NCBI GenBank assembly: GCA_002269645.1
Contig: NIVC01003679.1
Coordinates: forward strand, 19,187 to 83,186
Direction of reading: 5' to 3'
DNA from: Macrostomum lignano
Lineage: Eukaryota
DNA: 64,000 bases
A program made the position numbers and the translations under genes. The notes below the pieces were generated by a model. The model made no database searches and was not told the DNA's origin. It saw only the letters and a list, made by a program, of their open reading frames with translations. Positions 34,583 to 46,920 of this stretch are shown piece after piece (the first letter of the stretch is position 1; each line of letters starts with the position of its first letter).

Positions 34583-36242
34583 TGTCTATGGCCCGAAAGG
34601 GGGTCTATGGAGCAACCAATTTGAGAATTTGGGTAAGAAAATAACAGATTTCGTTAGACAAACATGATATGGCAGACGAAGAATTTAGCGAGCAGAGCAG
34701 TGACGAAAGTTTTGCTACAGCCCAAGATGCAGTGGATGAGCAGAATCCTGCAGGGCGAGAACCCTATCGCAAGATAAGCAACGAAAAGTACGACCTGATT
34801 TTCGCTGCCATCGAGAGTGGTGATAGTGCTGAGCACATTTCGCGATGGCTGCACGTAAAGAGAAAAACAGATACTTCGCTTCATTCCGCGCTGCTTAAAA
34901 TAGGAAGAAATTCTCTGAACATTAATCGAGTTTGATTTCAATCTGTCCAACACTGTTCTTTGAGAGCCATGGTTTTGCCTTTGCCTGTTTTGATTGGTTT
35001 CTCTGAAATCAGTGTTAATGTCAATCGTTTTTTGATATGCCATCTATTTGCATGCAGACGTTATTTTGACTGAACTACCCAAGTCCGGACTCGGTATACA
35101 TTCTCATCCTTTTCCCAGTGTGGCTATGGAAAACAAAGTCCTCGGATGATTTCTCAAGGCCTCGGCGATATTTGGAAAAAGGAGGAGAAAATATTTAACC
35201 TTCTGAAAGCGAAAGACGCATCAATATCCAGTACAGTTAGTCTGTGGCACAAGCTATGTGACTGACTGGCTAAAGTGCTGAGAACCTAACAGCAGTTCAT
35301 CAATTTTTTTCGTCTCCTAAATACATAACAGTAACATTTTACAATGCAAGACGACTTAGATCTAATGTTAAGATATTTTGAAAGTAGAGAATCCGCAGCA
35401 ACGAATCCTGCTACTAGTTGTCACCCGTCGGCCGTCTCAGCTTGGACGGTGTTGTTCGTGAATTAACGATTCCCCTAACTGGAGTGACTGAAAGGTAATC
35501 AGTCTCTATACAAGACTTGCGCAAGTACTCTACACCGTGCTGGCTTCGCTAGAGAGGACATTGCTCGTGTTACACGGCACTCTTCGACAGCTATTGAGCG
35601 CTATATTCAGTTTCACGTGCAAGACCATGTTAAAGTATCGCATGCTCTTCTGGTGGTCAGTCATCAAGTCGGTCTAATAATACCGAGCCTGAACTCTCTG
35701 TTGAAGCTATGGAACAAAGCACGTAGTGAGTGCTAATCCTGCAAAGAAAATGAGGCCTAACATCAACAGTAACACCAAAACAGTTGAAATCACTTTTGAG
35801 TGAGTGCTTAAAAGACGCTTCCACAGTTTACATATGTTAAATGCAACTGTAGCAGGACTGAGAACTATGTATCCCCCACTTGCCCCGGGCAGTTGTCTAT
35901 GTTTTTAAGCTTTTAATTTATTTAAACCAGTACAGTAAATTATTTATTTCACTTTGCATCGATGCAAATTAATTAACTACTTTTAAGTGGTGGATACATT
36001 TCATATTATCAACTCATTTAGTTGTCTAGGGCCAAAAGCACTCGGTATCTCGCTTATTGAGATTGCTTCGCCTCGGCCAATCAACGCAGTCCTCAGTCTT
36101 GTATGTGGGCCAGATAAATCAGTCCATGGGGGTGATACCTTATACTTAATCCTTATTGGGAGAATCAAGCTATTGAAAGACTTGTTTTCATTGTCTATGG
36201 CCTGAAAAGGGGTCTATGGAGCAACCAATTTGAGAATCTGGG
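34583..36242 (+). mobile_element. Decayed Crypton-like (tyrosine recombinase) element remnant with an embedded Tc1-like HTH fragment
   Basis: 35494-35655 translates to GNQSLYKTCASTLHRAGFAREDIARVTRHSSTAIERYIQ..VSHALL (degenerate HxLR..H..Y motif, stops upstream). 34669-34870 is an HTH-like stub. 51-bp direct repeats lie at 34583-34633 and 36192-36242. Confidence 0.6.
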
Positions 36243-36940
36243 CGCGCAATTAATCCTTTTTACGGTGCTCGTATATCCTTCACGAATAACTTCTGTCTGT
36301 AGACCGGTCTAACTTAGCGTTTCTGCATACCAAATCCAAGTCCAGACTAGCTTTTCAAGACCGGACTACCCTAGACAGAGCTTTCTGTCTTTGCGCAGAC
36401 TGAGTGTGGCTTTCAGAAAAATTATGCGTAATTTCAATGAATAATGATAAATTGCATTCCTAAAAGACCACATGCAGTACGTTCGCTAATTTCATTGAAT
36501 AGATAATGAAGCGGAATCATGCAGCTAGTAAGTCGGTGTAGTAAATCGAATAAAATATTCGTAATTTCGAGACATTGCTTCAATCAGTTTTATTCACTCA
36601 GTTGGTTGGTTCAATCGTAGCTGTAAAATGTCAGACATATAGCTAATACATGTACCTGTATACACGCAAAGCAACATGAAGCCTAATTCTCAGTACCAGT
36701 AATAGTAATTAAGCCACGTTTATTAACTCTATAGCCAAAACAAAATTCTTGTAAAGAGCAGTGACGACTTTCAAGTCTATTGACTGGAGTGCACAGCTTT
36801 TTATAAACCCATTAGCAGAGCAGCTTGCGAATTAAAGCGCCGAACAGAGAGACTTGTTGGGAATTACCAGCTAGAAGCGCTTACACAATTAGAAAATGTT
36901 TGTGCCCACTCCAGTGCGTGTGCCCGCACGATCACGAGTT

Positions 36941-38632
36941 CTACTCGTACATGAAGTTCACTGCAATCTTCAGCAAAATCAGCAGCACAATGGCCGATGC
37001 GGATGGTAAAATGGCGCCAGAAGAACTGCTCAGACAATAATTTTCCGACGCATAAGATCCAACGCACAGCGAGTACTTGACAACGTGCGCAATGTACGAT
37101 TGCTCATGAGTAGCGTGGAACAGGTGAGATCCGGGACCTCTAGCGTAGATAGGCACATCCTCGGCCCCGTGCGACTCGTAAGCAAGTTTAACCACTGACT
37201 GCGGCTGGTAGTCTGGACTTTCTGTATTGACATTCGTGATGTTTGCTCGCGGACCATCAACAGCAGACGGTCCGTCACCATAGTACAGGGATGTATACGG
37301 CTTGTTGTCCTCTGCCAAGGCTTCTCCTTTGCTGTTGTAATTGTTGTTGTAAGAGTAAGTTACCTTGCCAAACACAGGTTGACCCCTGCGACTCCAGCCT
37401 CCGATGGAGAACACGTGACTGTGGTCGGCTGTCACAATTGTCAATGTGTCATCCGGTTTCGTCAACTCGCCAGCCGCCTTGATGGCCTTGTCAAACGCCA
37501 CAAGATCGTACATCGCTTTTTGCGCCAGATTATCGTGATGGCCGTGATCAATTCGACCTCCTTCGACAAGCAGAGCGAACCCGTTCGGGTTCTGACTCAA
37601 AATCTCAATCGCCTTTCTCGTCATCTCCTCCAGGGTCGGCTCCTTCCCATCCTTTTGGTTGTCCAGGTCGTAGCGAAGATGGCTCATTGCGAACAGTCCA
37701 AAGTATGCAGCTTTGGAATCCGTCGGAGTGTCTTGCAGCTCCTTGCGAGTCTCCATGTAGACCGGACGACGTCCATAGCCTTCCTGTCGCTGCTTCCATT
37801 TGTTGATGAGGTTTACCGAGTCGCTTCGGCTTCCGCTGACGTTTCTTCCAGAAATGGGATCGATTGTTATTTCGTTCTTTGGTAGAAACTTCAGCCGACC
37901 GCCTCCGAATATGACGGTATAGTTGATGGCGTACTCAACCAGCTGCTCGGCAATGTCCGGGCACATCGAACGCTCATTCACATTCGGCACGTCGCTGTTC
38001 CTTTCCGTGTCGTCCTCCCAGTCCCTTGAAGCCGTGTGCGAGTACGCAGCTCCCGGAGTCGCGTGAGTGATCCTTGTGGTGGTGACGATGCCGACCGACT
38101 TGCCGAGCTGCTGAGCCTCGTTCAGAAACGACATCACGCTGCGCTCTTTGAGCTGGGAAGTGCAGTTGCGACTAATTACCTGCTCGTTCACTCCCATGGT
38201 TCCAGACTTGGCCTTCACGCCGCACAGGAAGGCGGTGGCCGTCCCGGCGCTGTCCGGAGTCTGCATGTCCGTGTTGTACGTCTTTGAAAGACCAGTGTGC
38301 GGGAACCTCTCGAACTCCAGTATCTCCTCTTCGCCGCTGTTTCCTGCGAGCTGACCTTTGAGGATGCGTCCCACAGTGATCGAAGGCACTCCCATGCCGT
38401 CTCCGAGGAAGAGAATGGCGTTCTTCGCTCTGTTCTCCTTGGTCTGTCGCAAGACGTCAGTAGCGGTCTGCAGGTCCTGCTTGGCTATTTTGGCCCAGTG
38501 GCTCAGGTCGGAGCTCTGTGTCGCTGACTGCTTATCAACAGACCTTTTCTGAAATGTTCGGTTCGGAAAACCCTCGTTTAATGAGCATCCAAGCAGAAGA
38601 AAAACTATGAGAAGCTTTAATCCTTTCTCCAT
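36941..38632 (-). CDS. ALP: Alkaline phosphatase, secreted/GPI-anchored type, 563 aa, intronless (copy 1)
   Basis: Signal peptide; AILFLGDGMG; catalytic TPDSAGTATAFLCG; THATP; LVEGGRIDHGHH; VTADHSH; ESHGAEDV; hydrophobic GPI-type tail. Confidence 0.96.
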   Translation of the reverse strand: MEKGLKLLIVFLLLGCSLNEGFPNRTFQKRSVDKQSATQSSDLSHWAKIAKQDLQTATDVLRQTKENRAKNAILFLGDGMGVPSITVGRILKGQLAGNSGEEEILEFERFPHTGLSKTYNTDMQTPDSAGTATAFLCGVKAKSGTMGVNEQVISRNCTSQLKERSVMSFLNEAQQLGKSVGIVTTTRITHATPGAAYSHTASRDWEDDTERNSDVPNVNERSMCPDIAEQLVEYAINYTVIFGGGRLKFLPKNEITIDPISGRNVSGSRSDSVNLINKWKQRQEGYGRRPVYMETRKELQDTPTDSKAAYFGLFAMSHLRYDLDNQKDGKEPTLEEMTRKAIEILSQNPNGFALLVEGGRIDHGHHDNLAQKAMYDLVAFDKAIKAAGELTKPDDTLTIVTADHSHVFSIGGWSRRGQPVFGKVTYSYNNNYNSKGEALAEDNKPYTSLYYGDGPSAVDGPRANITNVNTESPDYQPQSVVKLAYESHGAEDVPIYARGPGSHLFHATHEQSYIAHVVKYSLCVGSYASENYCLSSSSGAILPSASAIVLLILLKIAVNFMYE

Positions 38633-41600
38633 TTTGTTGAAATTTTCAAATGATTTTTCTGTGGCTTGGTAGCGTTGGTTTCTCCTAAAGCGTTACTGAC
38701 AGTGCATTAAATAAGCACGAGACTGCGGACAGCCAAGGAGATAAACTGCATGGGTTTTGGGTGGTTGTCTGTCTTGCAACCAATGAGATATCGCAATAAT
38801 TCTGCAAAAGCTTTATGTGTGCGACACCGAATACCACTACTGACACTTCAGCGAGTCTATCATTTCATTCACCTAGCTGCTTGGTTTCACTGGTACAAGT
38901 GAAGCAGCCAACTCTCGAGTCCACCTTATAGTGTCTTCAGAGTGTCTTCAGAGTTTCGAAATGAGTGTGAAAAGTCGCTTATAGTAGAAATATTATCAGC
39001 TGCATTGTTTCTGCCGTTCTCTGCACAGATAACCCTGCTCGTGTTTTGCGTTATCGATCTGCACGCGCTGTTAAACTTGAGCATTTTAAATCTTGATGCA
39101 AAAACCAAATGCGATAACATTAAATGCGTATAACGTTAGATGGTGACGTTTCATAATGCGGACTCTAAGTTGGTAAAATACTAGGGAACCCTGGACATGA
39201 AACTCTCAATCAAGGGTTTATAAACGTGGCAGTTTATCAGTAGAGGGTCTCATTATGCGGTCCACAAAAAATCCACTATTTTAAGGTGTTGCGTTTCTCA
39301 CTAACTGGTTTATATGGTTACATGTAATTGCTTTTGCCGTAAAGCCAAAGGGCAACTAGTCTCACATAATGCCGTATGTAAAAGCCTAAGAATTCATCTT
39401 AAAAGCACACGTGACTAATCAATTATTGGTTGGGCAATTTAAAAATCTATGACAAAATCATGGGTCCTGGAATTCGAATAACAAGATAAAGAGTTTTTAT
39501 GAATTCAAGATTTGCTGGCAGTCCGAACTCAACTGTTGATGGCATCCCAACCCATTCTTTTTGCTTGCTGAGCCACGGAGTTCGAACTCAATAATCTGTA
39601 GAGAAGGAAACTGGACCTATCCGTTTCGCATGCATTTAACTCTAACACAAACAGCTTGCCTCTGAAAAATACGTGAACGATTATTCAGAATTGATGCCCA
39701 GCTCCAATCCAGATGTTGCCCGATCTGGAAGTCCTTGACTGACCGGCGTCGCATCTGTGCGCCGTTGATAAGACTGTACGCTTTGCCAAAGCTAAACCAA
39801 GCATCCGCCTGGACGCGCAGTGCCCGTCTTTCCCTGGGTCTTCAGCCTATGTGTTATCGAATTTGTAGGCTGAATAAATTTATCGTGCACCGCAATGGGT
39901 CCGCCTGAATCATAAACCCGAGGTGACAGGCTGCAGAAAGGCCTATTGGCGTTCGTGACTTGCGGTTCCCGCGAATTTCGGGGGGGGGGACCTCGGCACT
40001 GGCAAGCAAAAGCTGAAATAAATGCAATTTACATTGCAGTGCGCGGCATTTGCTGTTTTTTCAGGCATTCAAGGTTTGGTTTTTAACTGGAAAGCTTTTG
40101 GGGTAGCTTAGAGCCCCGGAATGTTGAAGCGAAATGTCGGAGTTGTTGGCAATTTTCATGACGGCTAAAGCGACTCTTTGCTACTTTGCAGATATTCTAC
40201 TGTCTGTGTAGATTGAAATGATAATACGTTAATATTTATTCTGCATGTGCAGCTACATGCGTCAATGCTGTTCTTACCTGCAAAGAAAGACTAGCTTAAG
40301 ACGCGCACCTGCTAGGGGTGTAAAGTTGGTAACTTGCGCTGCTTTCATGCCGTCGTGTAGGTCTCCGCTATAGGTAGAGAATTCGTCTGTTATCGAGTTT
40401 CTGGGTATGAGTTAAAGGTATAAAAATTTACTCCATTCGCGTACACATGGAGTAGCAGAGGCGAAATACTGCACTTAAAATTGCTGGCCACTCTACTGAG
40501 GCATTTCCGGTTCCAACAACATCTGTTGATAATCAACGTACTAATTATCGCTTCCAGAACCTCTCTTGTCCCGTGATCGCACGAGCTGGAATTCTAAACC
40601 TTAGTTAGCACGAGCTGGAATATCAAAATGCCAGCATACCAAATGAGGCGAATAACTCCCTGACTTAGCGAATGCCAATTCTTTGGACAGAGTTGATTTA
40701 AGGCCAATTATTCTGAACGCTTGTTGAATTGGTTGCGTAACCGGCCTGGTTTGGTTTTTGTGTAGGGATTTTTTCTCAACCGAAACTGTAGAGGCACTGT
40801 TTGTGGTGCAGCAACCACCACTTCGCACTGTTTGGCATTTCACCTCACCTTCCTGACTTCAATGCGCTCATAAGTCTAGCATGGGTTTACTTGGAGGTCG
40901 ATTAACAAGGAATAAAAAGCCACAGACCAGCATGGGATGAACAAAATGCAGTTAGGAACTTCAATTTTCTGCACTTCTCGAGCCTCAACTCCGATCAGCG
41001 CCTTCTTGAGTCTTTAAGACTAACCAAAAATGTCAGTTAAGTTTGCGTGGACTCTCACGTAGCTCTCAATGACAGCAGCAGAGAAATTCGCCTAAAATTC
41101 ACGATTGGTTCAACCTTTTCAATTCGGCCCCCGGCTTTTGCACTCGGTCTGCCTTGTTGTGTGTGTTTGCAATGCTAATGCTAACTTGTGCCTTGCATCT
41201 CTTTTCACAGTTCAGAACTGCGAAATGGGATTAACAATTGTCCCGAAAATTGTCCCAAATTAAATTGTCCCAATTTAATGTGAAAATTGCGCAGAATGGC
41301 AAGGAGCAAAAATACGCAAGGTCCTTCAAACATACGCTTGCATTTTATTTATTAAAACAGTTGAAAATAGTGATGAAAAATGTAAAGACTTCACTTAGTT
41401 TGTGTCGCAGAACGATGCTTAGCGATAGCATGATAAAATCGTCCATTACATGTGTTTATCGAAATAGCATTTAGTAGACATATTAGTCACGCGCGTTTCG
41501 CACAAAAGAGCAAACGAAGGAGAGAGTTAAAGCATAGCACGGATGGTAAAGTGTACGCAACAACCCCCCAGCACCCCACACAACACAAACTAAGTCACTA

Positions 41601-42029
41601 CAGAAAAGCTACCGACTTTATTTAATTTTACAAGCGTCTCATAAGCAGCTACTGTAAGTAGAAGTTAGGGAGTTTTTTAAGAAAAATTTTGCAAACCATT
41701 TTACACTAGCCAGACTGCAATACAAAACAATACGAATGAAGGAGCTTTGCAGAGATAACTATTGTTGCGTAGTTTTTCACTACAAAGTTAAATTTTCCTT
41801 GAAATGATTTACTCAAAATTACTTGCAGACCAAATAGGAACACGTAGTTATACTTGAAGGTATGTAAGGGATTTAACGTGTCACTTGAACAATGGTCTCC
41901 GACTCAAGAAAATTTGAAACGCCGCTACCAGATCTAAAAACCAGATAAAGTAGTTACCCAAGTTGAACCTGAAAACTGTAGCAGCTTTCGCCGTGTGACA
42001 TTAGCTGGAACGGGTTCTACAGGTAAGAA

Positions 42030-43729
42030 TTAGCAGAATCTGCCAATCAAAGCCGCCACAACCGACAGCAGCAGTGTGGCGGGAATCGAAGGAGAGACAA
42101 AACCCACTGAACTGCTCAGGCAGTAGTTCTCCGCCCTGTACGAGCCGACGCAGAGCGAATACTTGATGACATGAGCAATGTACGACTGCTCATGGGTAGC
42201 GTGGAACAGGTGCGACCCGGGACCCGAGCGTAGATGGGGACGTCCTCTGCGGCGTGCGATTCGATTGGAAAATTCACAACAGCTTGCTGCTTGTAGTTTT
42301 CCTGCTCGGTGTCAACATCCGTGATGTTCGCCCGGGGCCGACCGACCGGTGCGCCGGGCCCGTCGCCGTAGAACAGGGGTGTGTAAGGAAGATCGTCGAA
42401 GCCGAGCGCTTCGCCCTTGCTGTTGAACCTATTGAAATAGGAGAACTTCACCTTGCCGAAGATTGGCTGGCCTCTGCGACCCCAGCCTCCGATGGAGAAC
42501 ACGTGACTGTGGTCGGCTGTCACAATTGTCAATGTGTCATCCGGTTTCGTCAACTCGCCAGCCGCCTTGATGGCCTTTTCGAACGCCAAAAGATCGTGCA
42601 TCGACTTCTGCGCCAAGTTTTCATGATGGCCGTGATCAATTCGACCTCCTTCGACAAGCAGAGCGAACCCGTTCGGGTTCTGACTCAAAATCTCAATCGC
42701 CTTTCTCGTCATCTCCTCCAGAGTCGGCTCCTTCCCATCCTTTTGGTTGTCCAGGTCGTAGCGAAGATGGCTCATTGCGAACAGTCCAAAGTATGCAGCG
42801 TTGGGATCCGTCGGAGTGTCTTGCAGCTCCTTGCGAGTCTCCAGGTAGACCGGACGACGTCCATAGCCTTCCTGTCGCTGCTTCCATTTGTTGATGAGGT
42901 TTACCGAGTCGCTTCGGCTTCCGCTGACGTTTCTTCCAGTAATGGGATCGATTGTTATTTCGTTCTTTGGTAGAAACTTCAGCCGACCGCCTCCGAATAT
43001 GACGGTATAGTTGATGGCGTACTCAACCAGCTGCTCGGCAATGTCCGGGCACATCGAACGCTCATTAACATTCGGCACGTCGCTGTTCCTTTCCGTGTCG
43101 TCCTCCCAGTCCCTTGAAGCCGTGTGCGAGTACGCAGCTCCCGGAGTCGCGTGAGTGATCCTTGTGGTGGTGACGATGCCGACCGACTTGCCGAGCTGCT
43201 GAGCCTCATTCAGAAACGACATCACGTTGCGCTCTTTGAGCTGGGAAGTGCAGTTGCGACTAATTACCTGCTCGTTCACTCCCATGGTTCCAGACTTGGC
43301 CTTCACGCCGCACAGGAAGGCGGTGGCCGTCCCGGCGCTGTCCGGAGTCTGCATGTCCGTGTTGTACGTCTTTGAAAGACCAGTGTGTGGGAACCTCTCG
43401 AACTCCAGTATCTCCTCTTCGCCGCTGTTTCCTGCGAGCTGACCTTTGAGGATGCGTCCCACAGTGATCGAAGGCACTCCCATGCCGTCTCCGAGGAAGA
43501 GAATGGCGTTCTTCGCTCTGTTCTCCTTGGTCTGGCGCAAGACGTCAGTAGCGGTCTGCAGGTCCTGCTTGGCTATCTTGGCCCAGTGGCTCGGGTCGGA
43601 GCTCTGCCCTGGCTGCGGTCGAGTCTCCGGCAGCAGCTTGATGAAATCGCCATCCGGAAAGCTTTTGCAAACCGTAGCCAGAAGACTGCCAAGCAGAATG
43701 CTCGCTAAGAAGAACTTTGCTTTCGCCAT
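42030..43729 (-). CDS. ALP: Alkaline phosphatase copy 2 with a 1-nt deletion near the 3' end (566 aa if corrected)
   Basis: Same catalytic motifs as copy 1. Adding one C to CCC at 42223-25 restores ARGPGSHLFHATHEQSYIAH..CLSSSVGFVSPSIPATLLLSVVAALIGRFC* (TAA at 42032-30). Confidence 0.92.
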
Positions 43730-43830
43730 TTGTTGTTCGCCGTTGGTTTAGTTGGCACTACTGCACTCGTCAATTTCGTCACTTTCGTGCTCAATCGCGC
43801 TTGCTCATTTTTTTCACCCAGCAATTTAGT

Positions 43831-43838
43831 TTTTTATA
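43831..43838 (-). promoter_or_regulatory. TATA box upstream of ALP copy 2
   Basis: TATAAAAA on the minus strand, about 100 nt upstream of the ATG. Confidence 0.55.
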
Positions 43839-44434
43839 CCAATGTTGTTGTCCACCCGATACCACACCCCTTTCAAGTAGGCCGATATCACGAGCTGCCT
43901 TCTTTTTGCTTTCCGAGTCAGTTTCATGCCCGATCACAGGTGACCGCAGCGGGTGACCCAGCAGTGACTCAGTAGCATTCAAATTCATTAAAATTTTAGA
44001 AAGTTTTTTCAAGGGTATGCTATGCCTTGCGCTGCTTTATCTGGCATTAGCAGCGACTATCGGTGCGCCGTGTGAATTTTCAACTGTGCAGGTAGTGACT
44101 CAGTGAGGTGACTCCAAGAGACTTTCTCTGACTAGAAAGCTTTGAGTTGCTTTGAAGCTGCAGTTGGCCATCACGGCCATCATGCAAGTTGTCTGTCCAA
44201 GTCGTAAAAAATGATTATTTTCGAAGGTCAGATTTCTATTCTACCGTTTCACATTGTCATTTCTCGAGTCGACTTTCTTACGAGTAGTTGCAGGGCTGTC
44301 GTTGATGAGGACGTTGTTGGGTTTACTACAGAGCCCAGTGGTCTTTCACGGCTTCATGAGGTTGGGATGCTGGTGAAGGTTATGGTGGGGCGATCGCAGT
44401 TGTTAAGGACATAAGGTTTGGAGTTGATGCCAGC

Positions 44435-45495
44435 ATAATAATAATAGCCACGGGAGTGGCCAAGAGGGGGGAGCGTCAAATCGCGCGTTTCAGAGCTAGG
44501 TCTCTAACGTGCTTCACACCCGGCCGCCTGGCTGGGTGCTCGCGCATCTTCAAAAAGGCGGTCGATGTAGCGGGCTGATCGTCCCTGGCCACGCCTGCGC
44601 GGTCCCTGCGGGGTCCACAACAGGACGTCCTGCAGCGGCTCTGGGCAGTAGGCTTCGGCCCGAATGACATGTCCGGCAAGCCGCAGACGCGGCTGACTCA
44701 GCAGGGCAGAAGGCCGCGTCAGGCCTGTGCGCTTGTACAGGGACTCGGTTGTCTCGCTACCAGGGCCGCGGCGGGCGCCGAAAGCGGCGCGGACTAGGGC
44801 CGCATGCGCCGCATCGAGCTGCGCCCCAAGCGCCCCGGTCAGCGTCCAGGTCTCAGCATTGTACAGCAGGGCGGTCTCAACAACCGCCTGGAACAGCTGG
44901 GACCTGGCGCCGTCGGACAGAGCCTCGGAGAGCAGCAACGCCCGCATAGATCGGAAGGCAGCCCAGGCCTTGCCGCGCCGTCTCGCTAGGTCGTCGCCGA
45001 TGTCCGGCACCAGTCCGCCGAGGTAGACGAACTGAAGGCACTTCGGGAGCGCCGTCCCGGGGCCGTCGCCGTCTCGAAGTCGAATCTCGGCGGGTAGATC
45101 ATGCAGCACCGTCGGCACCTCGGTCTTCCTGGCGTTGAAGACGAGACCGACCCTCGCCGCCGCCGCAGTCAGGCCGTCCAGCAGCCGTTGGGCGCCTTCG
45201 GCCGTCGAAGACAGCAGGGCGAGGTCGTCCGCGTAGCCAAGGACAGACAGTTTCTTCTCCGGGTGCCGTCTACTGGTGCGCCTTTGCAGCAGAAAGCTGT
45301 CCTCTGATGTCGGCAGGCCGGTCCTGAGCACCCAGTCCATCACCAGCACGAAGAGAAAGGGCGCCAGAGTGTCACCCTGTAGCACTCCGGACGTCGTGCT
45401 AAACAGGTCCGACGGTCCGTCTAGCGTCGCTACCGCGGCGGTGGTGTCCTGATACAGCGCCATGATGGCGGCATCGATGAGTTGAAGAGGTAGTT
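44435..45495 (-). mobile_element. 5'-truncated RTE-like non-LTR retrotransposon
   Basis: RT motifs GVLQGDTLAPFLFVLVMD, LGYADDLALL, FVYLG and LLYNAETWTL; (TTA)n 3' tail at 44435-46. TSD not resolved. Confidence 0.88.
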
Positions 45496-45687
45496 TTGGT
45501 AGCCTCTCTATCACAGAAGACGTCCAGAGAGAGGAGCGGATCCATGAGAATGCGCTCATAATTACGGGACAGGTGCGGCCTCTGAGTAGATCTTGGTTTG
45601 AAGCATGAGCTAACAGTCTGTAGCACTGCCGCATATTGTACTATACAAGCTAGGGGTTTTATGGTTTAACAGCGGGATCCCTGGTTA

Positions 45688-46040
45688 CTGACCATTGCAA
45701 TCACCGGTCACTGACCAGTGCAATCACCGGTCACTGACCAGTGCAATCACCGGTTACTGACCAGTGCAATCACCGGTCACTGACCAGTGCAATCACCGGT
45801 CACTGACCAGTGCAATCACCGGTTACTGACCAGTGCAATCACCGGTCACTGACCAGTGCAATCACCGGTCACTGACCAGTGCAATCACCGGTTACTGACC
45901 AGTGCAATCACCGTCACTGACCAGTGCAATCCCGGTTACTGAAGTGAATCACCGGTTACTGACCAGTGCAATCAATTGCAATCACTCACTGCAATCCCGG
46001 TTACTGACCAGTGCAACCAGTGCAATATCACACAGTGCAA
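45688..46040 (+). repeat. 23-bp minisatellite (CACTGACCAGTGCAATCACCGGT)n
   Basis: About 12 copies, decaying to the right. Confidence 0.92.
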
Positions 46041-46577
46041 CCAGCAGAAATTCACAGGTTACAGAAATTGAACTCAAACTTCTAAGTAAGGGTTTACTAC
46101 TTTCAACCTATTAGAAGATCAAAGCAGTAAATATCGGACAACAGTGAGTTAAAATTACACTTGTAATAATTTTTTTTTCTCGATTGAAAATTATTGAATT
46201 CAAATGTTAAAACGAAATGAGAATTCGTGAAAATACATGAATTCCTGCATGGTTAATTTAGACTGGAAGGAATATTGGATTGGCATTTGAATTTGAATTT
46301 ATCCTGCGGAAATAGCAGGATAAGTGAGGCGAGTGAGCTACAGGACGGAGGAGAAGCCAGTTGTCTAAAAATATGGCAGACCGAAATTTGTAAGCATTCG
46401 TGAGACTTTTGTCCCCACAGTCCTGAAACTGCTGTGTTTCATCGTATTGAATAGCTTAGCTTGAAAAGAACTCATGTCGCAGACATGGGAATTCCCTATC
46501 AAAGACATGGAAATCCCCACCAAAGACATGGAAATCACAATCAAAGACATAGGAGTACGAGCGTACCAAAAATCACA

Positions 46578-46800
46578 AACTTGGGAATCCCCAATCGCAG
46601 GCGAGGGAATCCCCAATCGCAGGCGAGGGAATCCCATCGCAGACGAGGGAATCCTAATCGCAGACAAGGGAATCCCCGATCGCAGACTAGGGAATACTAA
46701 TCGCAGACGAGGGAATCCCCAATCGCAGACTAGGGAATTCTTAATCGCAGACGAGGGATCCCGGGTCGCAGACGAGGGAATCCACAATCGCAGACAAAGG
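46578..46800 (+). repeat. ~21-bp minisatellite (GGGAATCCCCAATCGCAGACG)n downstream of the WD40 gene
   Basis: About 10 copies; same family as 47368-47670. Confidence 0.88.
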
Positions 46801-46920
46801 GAATACCAAAAAGTCTCTGCTTTTAGAAATAAAAATCCGACTCGGAAATCCAAACAGTCAATCACGGTAAACTCAAGCATGTGCCGATTGAAGACAAACT
46901 TCATCTGCTGGTCTCTCCGA

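Noticed and set aside
37379-43708. Plus-strand ORFs duplicated at both ALP loci
   Set aside because: Antisense shadows; their similarity just reflects the ALP core identity.
36941-43729. Bacterial contamination or HGT as the source of the intronless phosphatases
   Set aside because: They have eukaryotic signal peptides, GPI-type tails and animal-type motifs, and are embedded among spliced genes.
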